A DNA stretch of 61,055 nt. Origin: a virus (lineage: Duplodnaviria > Caudoviricetes). The stretch covers positions 1 to 61,055 of IMG/VR virus record IMGVR_UViG_3300030376_005008, one strand, 5' to 3'. Below, one piece after another: positions 28,615 through 38,400 of this stretch. Numbering within the stretch: position 1 is the stretch's first letter; every line of letters begins with the position of its first letter. The notes beneath the pieces were generated by a model. The model searched no databases. It had not been told where the DNA came from and saw only the letters and a list, made by a program, of their open reading frames with translations. Made by a program: the position numbers and the translations under genes.

Positions 28615-28955
28615 TGGATAAGCGGAGTATGATTGACGACATCTTTCGAGATATGATGAGCGATTACAGTAAACCCAGCGTCCAAGAAGAATTGAAAGAA
28701 GTCCTTACTAAGATGCCAGCAGATTTCAGAGACACTGTAGAGACAAGAGAACTCAGATTGGAAGGAATCGAGAAAGAGGGAGATGGATATTTCAGAGACA
28801 GAAAGCCTGTGCCTGATGAAATCCTTGAACATGTCATGAACAGGGTGGATGAAGTTATGCTCACAACCTCTCCTTTGCTCTACGAATATGGGTTGGTTTA
28901 TCGTGGTGGAGTCCTTCTACCTGATAAAGCAGCATTGATGCGGGGTGATGAGTGA
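28614..28955 (+). CDS. Hypothetical neck-region protein
   Basis: 113-aa ORF, translationally coupled to its neighbours. Confidence 0.65.
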   Translation: MDKRSMIDDIFRDMMSDYSKPSVQEELKEVLTKMPADFRDTVETRELRLEGIEKEGDGYFRDRKPVPDEILEHVMNRVDEVMLTTSPLLYEYGLVYRGGVLLPDKAALMRGDE

Positions 28956-29401
28956 TGGTCGCGACATTCGATGAAGCACTCACATCTGTCCTCAACACTC
29001 TCAGTGATTGGAATCGTGGTAACACAGACAACATCAAACCAGTCATCGCTGACATTGCTACACTCACTCCTGAGCGCGGTAAGCGTCTCGATATGTCCCG
29101 ACAGGACTTCGTTATGTGCTACGAGACAGCGCACAACGAAGAAACTCCTGAACTTCTCTACGACTTTGTCACCACGCGGGTGAACATCACGATTGACATC
29201 CGCACATCGCGAAGTCGAGAGCATCTGAAAAAGATGGAGAATGAGGTGCGACGCCTCGTTCATTTGAAGAGAAAAGGCGACGGAACCAACTTCGACCGAA
29301 TGGTGTTCAAAACACGCACGGATTTGTCCGATAGGACGAAAATGTATTTTAGAATGACCTTTCAGACCGAAGTTGTTATCTTCGCGGAACTTATCCCATG
29401 A
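28952..29401 (+). CDS. Putative tail terminator / head-tail joining protein
   Basis: 149 aa, lies just before the tail tube. Pattern VNITIDIRT...MENEVRRLV...FRMTFQTEV. Confidence 0.5.
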   Translation: MMVATFDEALTSVLNTLSDWNRGNTDNIKPVIADIATLTPERGKRLDMSRQDFVMCYETAHNEETPELLYDFVTTRVNITIDIRTSRSREHLKKMENEVRRLVHLKRKGDGTNFDRMVFKTRTDLSDRTKMYFRMTFQTEVVIFAELIP

Positions 29402-29411
29402 GGTGTAGAGC

Positions 29412-31658
29412 ATGCCATCCACAGTATACAAGGGCGATTTGACCGAGATTTCCTTCGGTCACGAGACAGGCTTAGTGTTGAAACATGATTCAATAACATC
29501 ATTTACTTTTACTCATACAAGCACGCTTGCGAGTGCGAATACCAGTTTAATCACACTTGCTGGAGGAGCAGCATCTATGCCAATAGCATCAGGTGGTGCC
29601 CCTCAGATACCAAGAGGTATGTTAGTTGGAGCGAAGATGACTATTACTGGAACTGGCAATTTTACCGCTGATGATAACGCTGCTACTGGAAAAACATTCA
29701 CAGTAGTATCAAACAATGAAGATGATGAAAATACAATTACAGTCACACCTGCACTTTCTACACCCACATCTACCGCATCAACTGGTAGTGACACTCTTGT
29801 TTTCCATCCTTTCACCCTTCCATCAATTGATGTAAATATGGCTTACCATGATAACGCTAATCAAACGTCTGAATCATCTTTACTTGACCAGTTCCTTGGT
29901 ATTACAACCGCCATTACACTACCTGAGACAAGAGTAGACCTCAAGCGTTACCATGTCGTTGGTCTTGGTCGAGATGTATCAGTGCAGGTTCCGGGCCGTT
30001 TCATCAACGAAGGTGGCTCCTTTGAAGTCAACATGCACAATCCACGATGGCTCTACTACTGTCTTGGTATGGAATCCGTCATGGTAGGTGAAAGCACCTA
30101 TGACGTAAAAGATGCTGATGAAGCCATGCTCACCAGCGCATCATTAACTAATTCAGGAACATACGTCCATAACGGTGGTGGGTATTCTACTTCGGTAGAT
30201 ACAATTACTGTAGATGATGCTTCAGCAGGCGACTCTGATGCTATTACTGATTTTGCTGTTGGAGATGCTGTGTTTGATGATGCTAATGCGTTTGTTGGAA
30301 CTGTAGAATCACGAACGGCTACACAAATTGTATTTGAATCTAATCTTGCAGTTGCTTTGAATGATAATGAAAGATTGAAGAAAGCACTTACCGTGACCAG
30401 CGTAGCGCTTTCTGCTGGTGCATCTATTATTTCATATACGAACGGAAGTGCAATTCCAATTTTTAAGCAGGCAACATCTACTGTTACAGCAGGTGATTAT
30501 GTTATAATCAAAGATTTGAATACTGAAAGTATCACTTCTTTCAAAGAGGGCGACCAAACGGCTTTTGGGCTTATTAGAGATTCTGAGTCAGACCCAGCAA
30601 TAAGTGTCTCTACCACAAGAGGGACGTATTTCGATACGACTACAAAAAGCGAAATCCGCCGAATAGTAGCAATCACCGCTACGGAGATTTGGCTTGACGA
30701 CCCGTTGTGTTTTTCACATGCTTCGGGTGCGGTTCTTCGTTTCGCGAAGTTTGACGCTGCTGCTCTTTATGGTAGTCCTAATCGTGCATCTACTGGTGCT
30801 CTCACAAATGGTGTCACTCGACTTCTCTATTCGCGTAGTCATGTGCCATCTTTCGCAATGGAAGTCAGTATTCGTCGTCGTGATAATCAGGCTGATGATG
30901 GGACTACCGCCGAAGTTGTAGATGGTGGAACTTCTGATGCGAAGCAGTTGACTCGTGTGTTCCGTGGATGTAAAGTCAAGGAGTTCTCTTTGACTGCTGA
31001 TACAGATGCTGCACTTCGCCTCTCTGTTGGTTTTGATTCTGCTCTTTGTTATACAGACACAGGTCGTCTTGAGTCAAGTAACAAAGGTGACCGATACAAC
31101 CCACATCGCATCTTTGAAGACACTGCAAGCACAGATGTAGACCGAAAGAAAGCAGGTATTGCTGTTGGCACTCAAAAACCATACATGTTCTACAACGGAA
31201 CCATCACAGTTGCAGGAGTCCAGATTGGACAAGTTGTATCTTTCACAGTCACTGGGACCACTGGTGTGCAGCAATTCTACACCATAAACGGTGCACCAAT
31301 TGCTGATGCTGCTACTGACCAAGTTCCGTTTGCTGGTGCTCGTAATGCAAGCATCGCTGTTGAAGGTCAGACAGAATACATGGCTGACTTAGAAATTATC
31401 GTGGACGACCCTGTATTCTACCACAAGATGCGGCGTGCTGTAGACCACGATGCCACAACTGCGAACATGATTCGTCTATCATTCACAAAGGCTGGTAGTG
31501 CTGGCACACGTGAGAGCATAGACATCTATCTCGATGACTACGTCATCACTGAGGCTCCACTTCCTATCCCTGAAGACAAGGGACCGATTCGCGCACCGCT
31601 CAAGGTTATGCCCAAGGCAATACGTGTGATTTCAACGGATACTCTATTCCATTGCTGA
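29412..31658 (+). CDS. Major tail (tube) protein with inserted domains
   Basis: Tube-like segments (FGHET; RYHVVGLGRD...EGGSFEVNM; SFAMEVSIR; VFRGCKVKEFSLTA; ITEAPLPIP) interrupted by T/S/A-rich insertions. Confidence 0.7.
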   Translation: MPSTVYKGDLTEISFGHETGLVLKHDSITSFTFTHTSTLASANTSLITLAGGAASMPIASGGAPQIPRGMLVGAKMTITGTGNFTADDNAATGKTFTVVSNNEDDENTITVTPALSTPTSTASTGSDTLVFHPFTLPSIDVNMAYHDNANQTSESSLLDQFLGITTAITLPETRVDLKRYHVVGLGRDVSVQVPGRFINEGGSFEVNMHNPRWLYYCLGMESVMVGESTYDVKDADEAMLTSASLTNSGTYVHNGGGYSTSVDTITVDDASAGDSDAITDFAVGDAVFDDANAFVGTVESRTATQIVFESNLAVALNDNERLKKALTVTSVALSAGASIISYTNGSAIPIFKQATSTVTAGDYVIIKDLNTESITSFKEGDQTAFGLIRDSESDPAISVSTTRGTYFDTTTKSEIRRIVAITATEIWLDDPLCFSHASGAVLRFAKFDAAALYGSPNRASTGALTNGVTRLLYSRSHVPSFAMEVSIRRRDNQADDGTTAEVVDGGTSDAKQLTRVFRGCKVKEFSLTADTDAALRLSVGFDSALCYTDTGRLESSNKGDRYNPHRIFEDTASTDVDRKKAGIAVGTQKPYMFYNGTITVAGVQIGQVVSFTVTGTTGVQQFYTINGAPIADAATDQVPFAGARNASIAVEGQTEYMADLEIIVDDPVFYHKMRRAVDHDATTANMIRLSFTKAGSAGTRESIDIYLDDYVITEAPLPIPEDKGPIRAPLKVMPKAIRVISTDTLFHC

Positions 31659-31667
31659 GGTGAAAAG

Positions 31668-31874
31668 ATGACTGCATTCGATAAGGCTTGGAGTATATTG
31701 AAAGCAAATATGCAATGTCCTCAATGTGGTAACCCTAATGCTCAACTCATCAATGAAGGTGAACTTGGTGACCCTGAAACAATGGATATGATAGAACAAC
31801 AAGGACTTAATCCCCACAATATACATAGTTTAGTGTGCCAAAAATGTGGATATGATGAGTTCTTTGGAGAGTGA
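31668..31874 (+). CDS. Small Zn-ribbon protein with an N-terminal AFDKAWSILK tag
   Basis: MTAFDKAWSILKAN then CPQCG...CQKCG. GAGGTGA RBS. Confidence 0.75.
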   Translation: MTAFDKAWSILKANMQCPQCGNPNAQLINEGELGDPETMDMIEQQGLNPHNIHSLVCQKCGYDEFFGE

Positions 31875-31878
31875 TTAG

Positions 31879-32427
31879 ATGATGCCAACGCCCCGTGAAC
31901 GTGTCTATCACTTCCGGCGTAAGACCGCTCAAGGATACGGCGAGTGGTTTGCACAGCGTATGGGGATTGAAGGAGAGATTCTCATTTCTCATCGTTCTCG
32001 TGATTTGATAGAAGAAGCCGTGCTTTCCCAAGCCTCAGTATATAAGCCAGCAGCAAAAAGCCCTGATAGTGATGCGAACGAGACAGATGTGACACCTGAA
32101 ACTGTCACAGATGTCACAGTAGAAGACATCCCTGACTCGGCAGAGTTTCCCAATGACATTTCCTACGATGCTATGACGCTTGTTGAACTCCGTGAGGAGT
32201 GCAAGCGTCGCGACCTCCCGTATTACGGGACCAAGGCTGAAGTCGCCCTGCGTTTGCGGCGCGACGACGAAGGTATCGAGGAAGCAACCACGGCTGAGTC
32301 CGAGGCCCCCGCTGATGAAGCGGCTGCCGAAGAACAGCCGGATGCCCCCGACGAAGAGTCGGCTGTAACCGAGGTGGAAAATAATGCCAGTAGTGGACAA
32401 GAACAAACTGTTGAGACAAACGAATGA
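31879..32427 (+). CDS. Acidic protein with a SAP domain
   Basis: YDAMTLVELREECKRRDLPYYGTKAEVALRLR fits the SAP consensus. Confidence 0.75.
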   Translation: MMPTPRERVYHFRRKTAQGYGEWFAQRMGIEGEILISHRSRDLIEEAVLSQASVYKPAAKSPDSDANETDVTPETVTDVTVEDIPDSAEFPNDISYDAMTLVELREECKRRDLPYYGTKAEVALRLRRDDEGIEEATTAESEAPADEAAAEEQPDAPDEESAVTEVENNASSGQEQTVETNE

Positions 32428-32752
32428 GACAAAGCATACAATCCCGATTGACCCTGATGACCCTGATGCGGTCATGGAGGTGTGGATTAGGGATATTTCA
32501 TTCTTCGATATACAACGAGCCACGCAGGAACTTTTCGACATCGGTGGAGGAGGCGAACTCAGCCTCAACCTCGAAGCATATTGGCGCTTCGCCTTTACCA
32601 GTTGGATTATGAAGACCAACCCTACTCTCTCTACTGATGAGATTTTGAATCTCAAGGGTGATGTTGGGAACGCAATCTCCTCTCTACTCCCCAGTCCTGA
32701 TGAACTTGCACAGACCGTGCAAGGGGGGTTTACGAAGGGCGACAGCGCGTAG
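32384..32752 (+). CDS. Tail assembly chaperone
   Basis: Lies between the tube and tape measure genes, GAGGTGG RBS, ends just after a G6-T3 run. Confidence 0.6.
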   Translation: MPVVDKNKLLRQTNETKHTIPIDPDDPDAVMEVWIRDISFFDIQRATQELFDIGGGGELSLNLEAYWRFAFTSWIMKTNPTLSTDEILNLKGDVGNAISSLLPSPDELAQTVQGGFTKGDSA

Positions 32753-33027
32753 TCGAGGATTTCCTCGCACGCAAGGCTGTCAATAGCCCCGAAGATTTGG
32801 TCCTACAATTGGAATTGTGGGCTTACATGGTAGCAAAGCACTACGGAGTATCACTAAAGGAAGTAGATGAAATGAATCCAGATACTTTCCGCCGTTCTCT
32901 CGTATGGGCGCTTGTTGCGCGTAAGGAAGAGGAAAAGGCGAATAAGCGGCAACGCCAAGAGGCAAAGAGTGGTGGGCGAGAGACAGTGAGCGTTGACTAC
33001 TCGTTCCTTGATAGGGAGGACTTCTGA
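32704..33027 (+). CDS. Second tail-chaperone frame (probable -1 frameshift extension)
   Basis: The -1 frame is open from 32704 to 33027 (ORF track 32797..33027). WAYMVAKHYGVSLKEVDEMNPDTF resembles lambda gpT-like chaperone ends. Confidence 0.55.
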   Translation, partial: TCTDRARGVYEGRQRVVEDFLARKAVNSPEDLVLQLELWAYMVAKHYGVSLKEVDEMNPDTFRRSLVWALVARKEEEKANKRQRQEAKSGGRETVSVDYSFLDREDF

Positions 33028-34166
33028 TGGCTGGAATCGCAACACTGGCTGGTAGCCTCAGCACGCTCGGCACTCTTTCGCAAAGCGTTTCATCTACATT
33101 CAGTTCTCTCGGTTCAGTATTCAGCGGGGCTATGAGTAAAGTCAAAGAAACATTCATCAATATTTGGAATACAATCAAAGAAAAGTATGAGGCACTAAAG
33201 GTTTGGATAGATGAAAATCTTGGTCCGATTTGGGATTTTATTAAAGAGAAAGCAATTGTTGCTTGGGAAGGTATCAAGTCCGCTTGGGACGCAGTGATTG
33301 TTCCGATATGGGAATGGCTCAAAGAAAATGGAGCCGCTGCGTGGGAGCAACTCAAAGTAGACGCCTCCGGCACTTGGGACGCCATCAAGGGTGTTTGGGA
33401 TACGGTAATTGTGCCCATATGGGAATGGCTCAAAGAGAACGGAGGTGCTGCATGGGGAGCCGTGAAAACTTCAGCAGAATCTGTATGGCAATCAATCAAA
33501 GACACTTGGAATAATGTTGTGGTCCCAATATGGGATGGTTTGAAGGTTACAGCGGCAGGAGTTTGGGAATCCATCAAAAACACTTGGAATGGAACGGTTA
33601 TGCCGATTTGGGATAAACTCAAAGAAAAACTCGGAGGAATATGGGACACTGCCAAGGAAAAGTGGGAGGGTTTCACTGGAAACATCAATACATGGTGGGT
33701 CAAGTTGAAAGGCACAATCGGTAATATTAGAGCGACTCTTGGAGGTGTTTGGGACACTGCCATGACAAAGTGGGAAGAGTTCAAGGAAAAAATCAAAACA
33801 GGATACAAAAACGTCCTTGACCCAATAGTAGAAGGTCTAAAGACGGGTTTTAATGCAATCAAAAACACCTTTGAGTTCATTAGTTCACTGATAGGTGACA
33901 TCGTTTCTACGGCTGGTGACCTTCTTGGCGATGCTATTGGGATAGCAACAAGCGCTGTATCAGGTTTCTTCGATGGTGGTAGTGCTACTGGAACGACGGC
34001 CACTGGCGGTGGCGGTGGTGGCGGCACTAATTACAACATCACAGTCAACGCTGGAGGTATCACAGACCGCACAGACAAGCGCGAACTTGCGCGAGAAATT
34101 GGTAATTTGATTCAACAAGAAGTTTCTCGCGGACAGGGTGGTAGCACCATGAGTGGGAGGATGTGA
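33027..34166 (+). CDS. Tape measure protein (short)
   Basis: Trp-periodic amphipathic repeats (~11-aa spacing, duplicated VIVPIWEWLKENG), C-terminal NYNITVNAG...LAREIG, located after the chaperones. Confidence 0.75.
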   Translation: MAGIATLAGSLSTLGTLSQSVSSTFSSLGSVFSGAMSKVKETFINIWNTIKEKYEALKVWIDENLGPIWDFIKEKAIVAWEGIKSAWDAVIVPIWEWLKENGAAAWEQLKVDASGTWDAIKGVWDTVIVPIWEWLKENGGAAWGAVKTSAESVWQSIKDTWNNVVVPIWDGLKVTAAGVWESIKNTWNGTVMPIWDKLKEKLGGIWDTAKEKWEGFTGNINTWWVKLKGTIGNIRATLGGVWDTAMTKWEEFKEKIKTGYKNVLDPIVEGLKTGFNAIKNTFEFISSLIGDIVSTAGDLLGDAIGIATSAVSGFFDGGSATGTTATGGGGGGGTNYNITVNAGGITDRTDKRELAREIGNLIQQEVSRGQGGSTMSGRM

Positions 34167-35452
34167 GTATGGCAAGTGGTTATGCAACTCCTATCCGCCT
34201 CATCCTTGATGATGATGAGAAGACAGCAATCCGTCTTAACGCTACCCGTATTGGTATGAGTGTAGAACGTAAAGTGGGTGGTTCACCAGTTCCATTTTCT
34301 GGTGGTAAGCGATTCGGTCTTGACCTTAACATGTCTAATTCTACTATCGTTATTGACGGTGTGTTTGTAGATGATACTGTGGATAGAGCAGATACGGCTG
34401 CTTCAGGTGCTGTATTTGATATTGATTTTGGAAAAAGTAATGCTGGCTCACCGGGAATAGTAAGGTTTGAAGAAGCAAGTATAGACATGATGGTTGGAAC
34501 TGGTATATTCAATAGAGCCACTTCGTATGTTCTTCGTGATAAGAGTGGAACAGTTGTTGTTAAGTTTAGTATGAATAGTTTTACTGGCGCTGGTGAAGGT
34601 GGAGGGACTGCTTATGGTTCCAGTAACAACGCCTATGTTCAAGTTGGTGCCTCATCGAGCACTGAATGGGCGATTAGGTGTAGAGGTCATGGTGGTAGTG
34701 ATGCAACAACTGCTGAAGTTGCTCAAGCAATCCAACATCTAATGAGTAACCAATCAATTGGTGGTGTAGCGCTAACGACCAAGTTTACTACTACAATTGC
34801 TGATTCAAACAACACAGATATTGTAACTGTTGCCAACAAACGTGTGGTATTTACAGCCGCTGGTGATAATAAGGGACTTTACACAGAGAACGGGATTCAA
34901 GTGGACGGAGTCGGGAATGATGTTGGAGAAGGCGGAACAGTAAGTGTAACGAGTTTTGGCGCTAACGCATCCAGTGGTTATCGAAAGTCAGCAGGTGACA
35001 AAGTGCAAGACCTCTATGGTATTCTTCACAATACAATTCGTGGTGGTTCTGCTAAGTTAGGTGCCACTATGTCAACTGGTATTGGCGCTACTACGATGAT
35101 TAGATTGGCTGGTGCGGCTTTAACGGAAGAGCAGACGGTTGCTACGGCTACTCAAGAATGGAAAAGAAGTGGTGATTATCCTATTGGTCTTCAGATACCA
35201 TACAATTCAATGATACAAGCACCTGATGGACAACTCTACACAGCGCGTAATTTCTTTGTCCCCACTGGTCGTAGAATGAAAGGTGAAAAAGGCTCTGAGG
35301 CAAACTCTCTTTCAGCCGATGTGGAGTTTAGCACAGAAGATAATTATACTGGTATCCAAGGCACCATCAAAAACATGGAAATTGGTTATGATGCTGGTGA
35401 AGCCGTCTACCGATTCTCAATGACATTCCTCCCAATAGATGCAATTTTCTGA
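34163..35452 (+). CDS. Putative distal tail / tail-tip protein
   Basis: Follows the tape measure. N- and C-terminal beta segments (IQGTIKNMEIGYDAGEAVYRFSMTF) surround a variable insert. Confidence 0.5.
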   Translation: MSMASGYATPIRLILDDDEKTAIRLNATRIGMSVERKVGGSPVPFSGGKRFGLDLNMSNSTIVIDGVFVDDTVDRADTAASGAVFDIDFGKSNAGSPGIVRFEEASIDMMVGTGIFNRATSYVLRDKSGTVVVKFSMNSFTGAGEGGGTAYGSSNNAYVQVGASSSTEWAIRCRGHGGSDATTAEVAQAIQHLMSNQSIGGVALTTKFTTTIADSNNTDIVTVANKRVVFTAAGDNKGLYTENGIQVDGVGNDVGEGGTVSVTSFGANASSGYRKSAGDKVQDLYGILHNTIRGGSAKLGATMSTGIGATTMIRLAGAALTEEQTVATATQEWKRSGDYPIGLQIPYNSMIQAPDGQLYTARNFFVPTGRRMKGEKGSEANSLSADVEFSTEDNYTGIQGTIKNMEIGYDAGEAVYRFSMTFLPIDAIF

Positions 35453-35461
35453 GGTGTCAAA

Positions 35462-38400
35462 ATGCCAGCAATACTTCAGAGCAATCATGCCTTGTTGTTT
35501 GACGGTGTTACAGATTCTGTTATTGTTCCTCAAGGCTCTCATCGTGGTGTCGGGAATGATGATGCGAGTGGTAATCGTAGTGCTGGTGATATTCTTGGTG
35601 ATTCAGCAAGTGGTGACCGTGGGCCGAGTGTCGTTGGTGACCTCTTTCGTAACACCATCACCATTGAGGCATGGGTCACACCTGACTGTGGAGGCATCAT
35701 TGCTCTCAAAGAAGACCAGTTTTCATTAGAAATGGGCACTGTAGACACTCCGGGTCCAGCCAAGTTTTCAGTTAGATTAGAAACCCAAGGTGGAGTCAAT
35801 ACATATCAGGTATCTACTGCTTCACTCACAAGTAACGGTTACAGCGGGACTGTATATCCTACACCTGACTTTGGCGGAGTAAGCGATTCTTACAACCGAT
35901 TCGACAGCGATAAGGATGATGCTACAACTCTAAATCTAAATCACCGTCACTTGTATCATGTTGTCGGAGTTGTTGAACCCGGCTTCATTCGTTTGTATGT
36001 CAATGGTCTTTTGATGGCGCAAGAAAAGATTCCATTTCAAACATCTATCATTCAGTCCAACAATCACATCTATCTTGGTGGTAAGGGAGGACAGTTCCGT
36101 GGAGTCATTGAGAGCCTACATATTTCTAATAATTTTGAAAATGAAATGTTGAGTCCAAGTGCACCACTGGTCCAAGATTCAACTGCTCTTCTCTATCGTT
36201 TTGAGGAGCCAATCAACCCTATTCAAAATGAATATCAGATTGCATCTATCTCTTCTGCTTCAAATCTATCAGCAATTAATATCTCGACCAGTGACGCAGC
36301 AGCACTTGCATCTGCTCTTACTGGAACAACTGTAACCACTGGGACTATTGTCTTTACAGATTCACCGTATTCAACTGGAAACTACAGCGTCCATGACAAT
36401 GTTACTGGTGCTGGGGCTTCTCCGGCCACTCGAAGTATTCCTCACGTTCCATACAATCTCCTCATCAATCCCGGTGCAATCAATCGGGAAACAAACAAGC
36501 CCAATCAATCACCTCCTGAGCGAGTTCGTCTTCACAATATCAACGTCAGCACGGGTGCTATGCTCGTGAGTAGTATCCATTTGGACTTTGCAACGAGTGC
36601 AACAGGAGATGGATTACGACCAGTATTACATTCCCGTAGTGCCGCTACCGGGGATGACTACTTCGTTGTAGTCGCAGCAGACCTGTTAATTGAAGGTGGC
36701 TCAGGACGACCATATCAACCTCCTCATCTTGCCAGTCAAATCATTGACCGGACTGGTCAGATGATTCTTGACGAGAGTAATTTCGAACAACACGGTATCG
36801 CATACTCATCTCGAATGGCTACGACTGCAAATGATTCTAACAACCCATTCGCTGTATCATGGCCTACTTCTCTTGATGAATCATTCCAAGTCGGGCATTC
36901 AGGAAGGCACATTAAGAATCATGTCAATGGTCATCATTATCTCCGCATGCTCCCCAAAGCAAGCGACGAAATGCTTGACCAACAAATCGGCACATCAGAC
37001 ATTATCAATCTCATGTATGATGATGCGGCGAGGGGAATTGAAAACCAAGTCCCAATCAACTCTGAGATGGAATATTATCGTGAAGTTGCTTCGATGGAAG
37101 TTGTATCCGTCCAAGATTCTTCGATGGCTTTTGAGATTGTAGATAACGGACTTACTGGTGCGACTCGTGAAATTATTGCCATAGGTGGGAGTGGGACTAA
37201 GACCATAACTGCTGAAGCAACCTTCAATCCATATCCATTCTTCCTCAAAGGACCAGTGCCTGTATCCGCTGAAACACTTGATGAAACCGAAAGAACTCAT
37301 CACCTTCGTCCTTCAAGAGAAAGTCGCGTGGCTGTTCTTTCCGTCCCATCTCTTGCGAGTCACGGGTTTGCATCTTTCATTGAGGTGCATTACAATGCGT
37401 TAGACCTCACTGGTGTGAGCATGGGTAAGACGAAACCGATGCTAATGGTTGAGAAGACCGTTCCTGCTGGGTCTGTGCAGACCGCTGGGAGTTCGTTTAC
37501 CGACGCAACTTGTGATTACAACAACGACCCTACTATTGCGATGGATGCTACAACGAACGTCCGACCCGGTATGCGTGTTTCAGGCACAGGGATTCCTGCT
37601 GGTGCTTTTGTTGTTAGCGTGACAAATAGCACGACATTTGAGTTGAGTGCCGCGACTACTGGTGGTTCAAAAACCAATCAAACTCTTACCTTCACGCCAG
37701 CATACATTGCTGACATCGTCGCTGCTGACCTTGTTAATCCAGCAACAGATACGACTCTCTTCTCACCCGGTGGTATGATAACAATGAGGATGGAGGAGGG
37801 TAACCTCAACACACTTCAGATGCCTCACGCCATGATTGGTGATGTGAGTGAAGGCTACGAATCTGATGATGAATTAGACGAACGGTATACTCCTCAATAC
37901 TATACGACGATGTCTGATGAGCCGAGGAAAACACCTCAAATTATTACTGCTTCTCATACTAATTCTGACATTCATAATTCTACATTCAATCGTTTGTTGA
38001 TTGGTGGAAGCAAGGTTACGAAAGAGAACATCGCAGATACAGGGAGGCGAGGTGTGTTCACTGACATAGGGTCACCAAGTGATGGACAATTCGACATACC
38101 AATCACTCGTTCTGCTTCTCCCGTGCATGAAATGTTCGACATCATTGACAATCATATTCAAGCGTCATCTGACCCATTCATCCTCTACATTCAACCATCT
38201 GACCGCACAAGAACAATGCAACTCAATCATCTCAGAGCAGCATTGGATAGACCCGGTGAAGCAAATACAGCCCAAGTCCTCTACATGATGAGTAAAGGTG
38301 TTCTCCGCTCTGTTACAGAGAGTGACGCAGACAATGGTGGCCGCTTCACATCTCTTCAGATAGTTGGAACATCTTCCTTAGTGAACACTGCCAGCACGAG

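Noticed and set aside
28898-29431. Minus-strand ORFs overlapping structural genes (also 13673-14287, 32035-32655, 7239-7730 and the many 60-135 aa ORFs inside the giant gene)
   Set aside because: They lie fully antisense or out of frame to well-supported, translationally coupled + strand genes and have no motifs or RBS.
29412-31658. Contractile tail sheath
   Set aside because: The size would fit, but the recognisable segments resemble tube proteins with insertions, and no separate tube gene or baseplate wedge (gpJ-like) gene was recognised.
32780-34027. 415-aa minus-strand ORF
   Set aside because: It is the antisense shadow of the repetitive tape measure gene and has no independent features.
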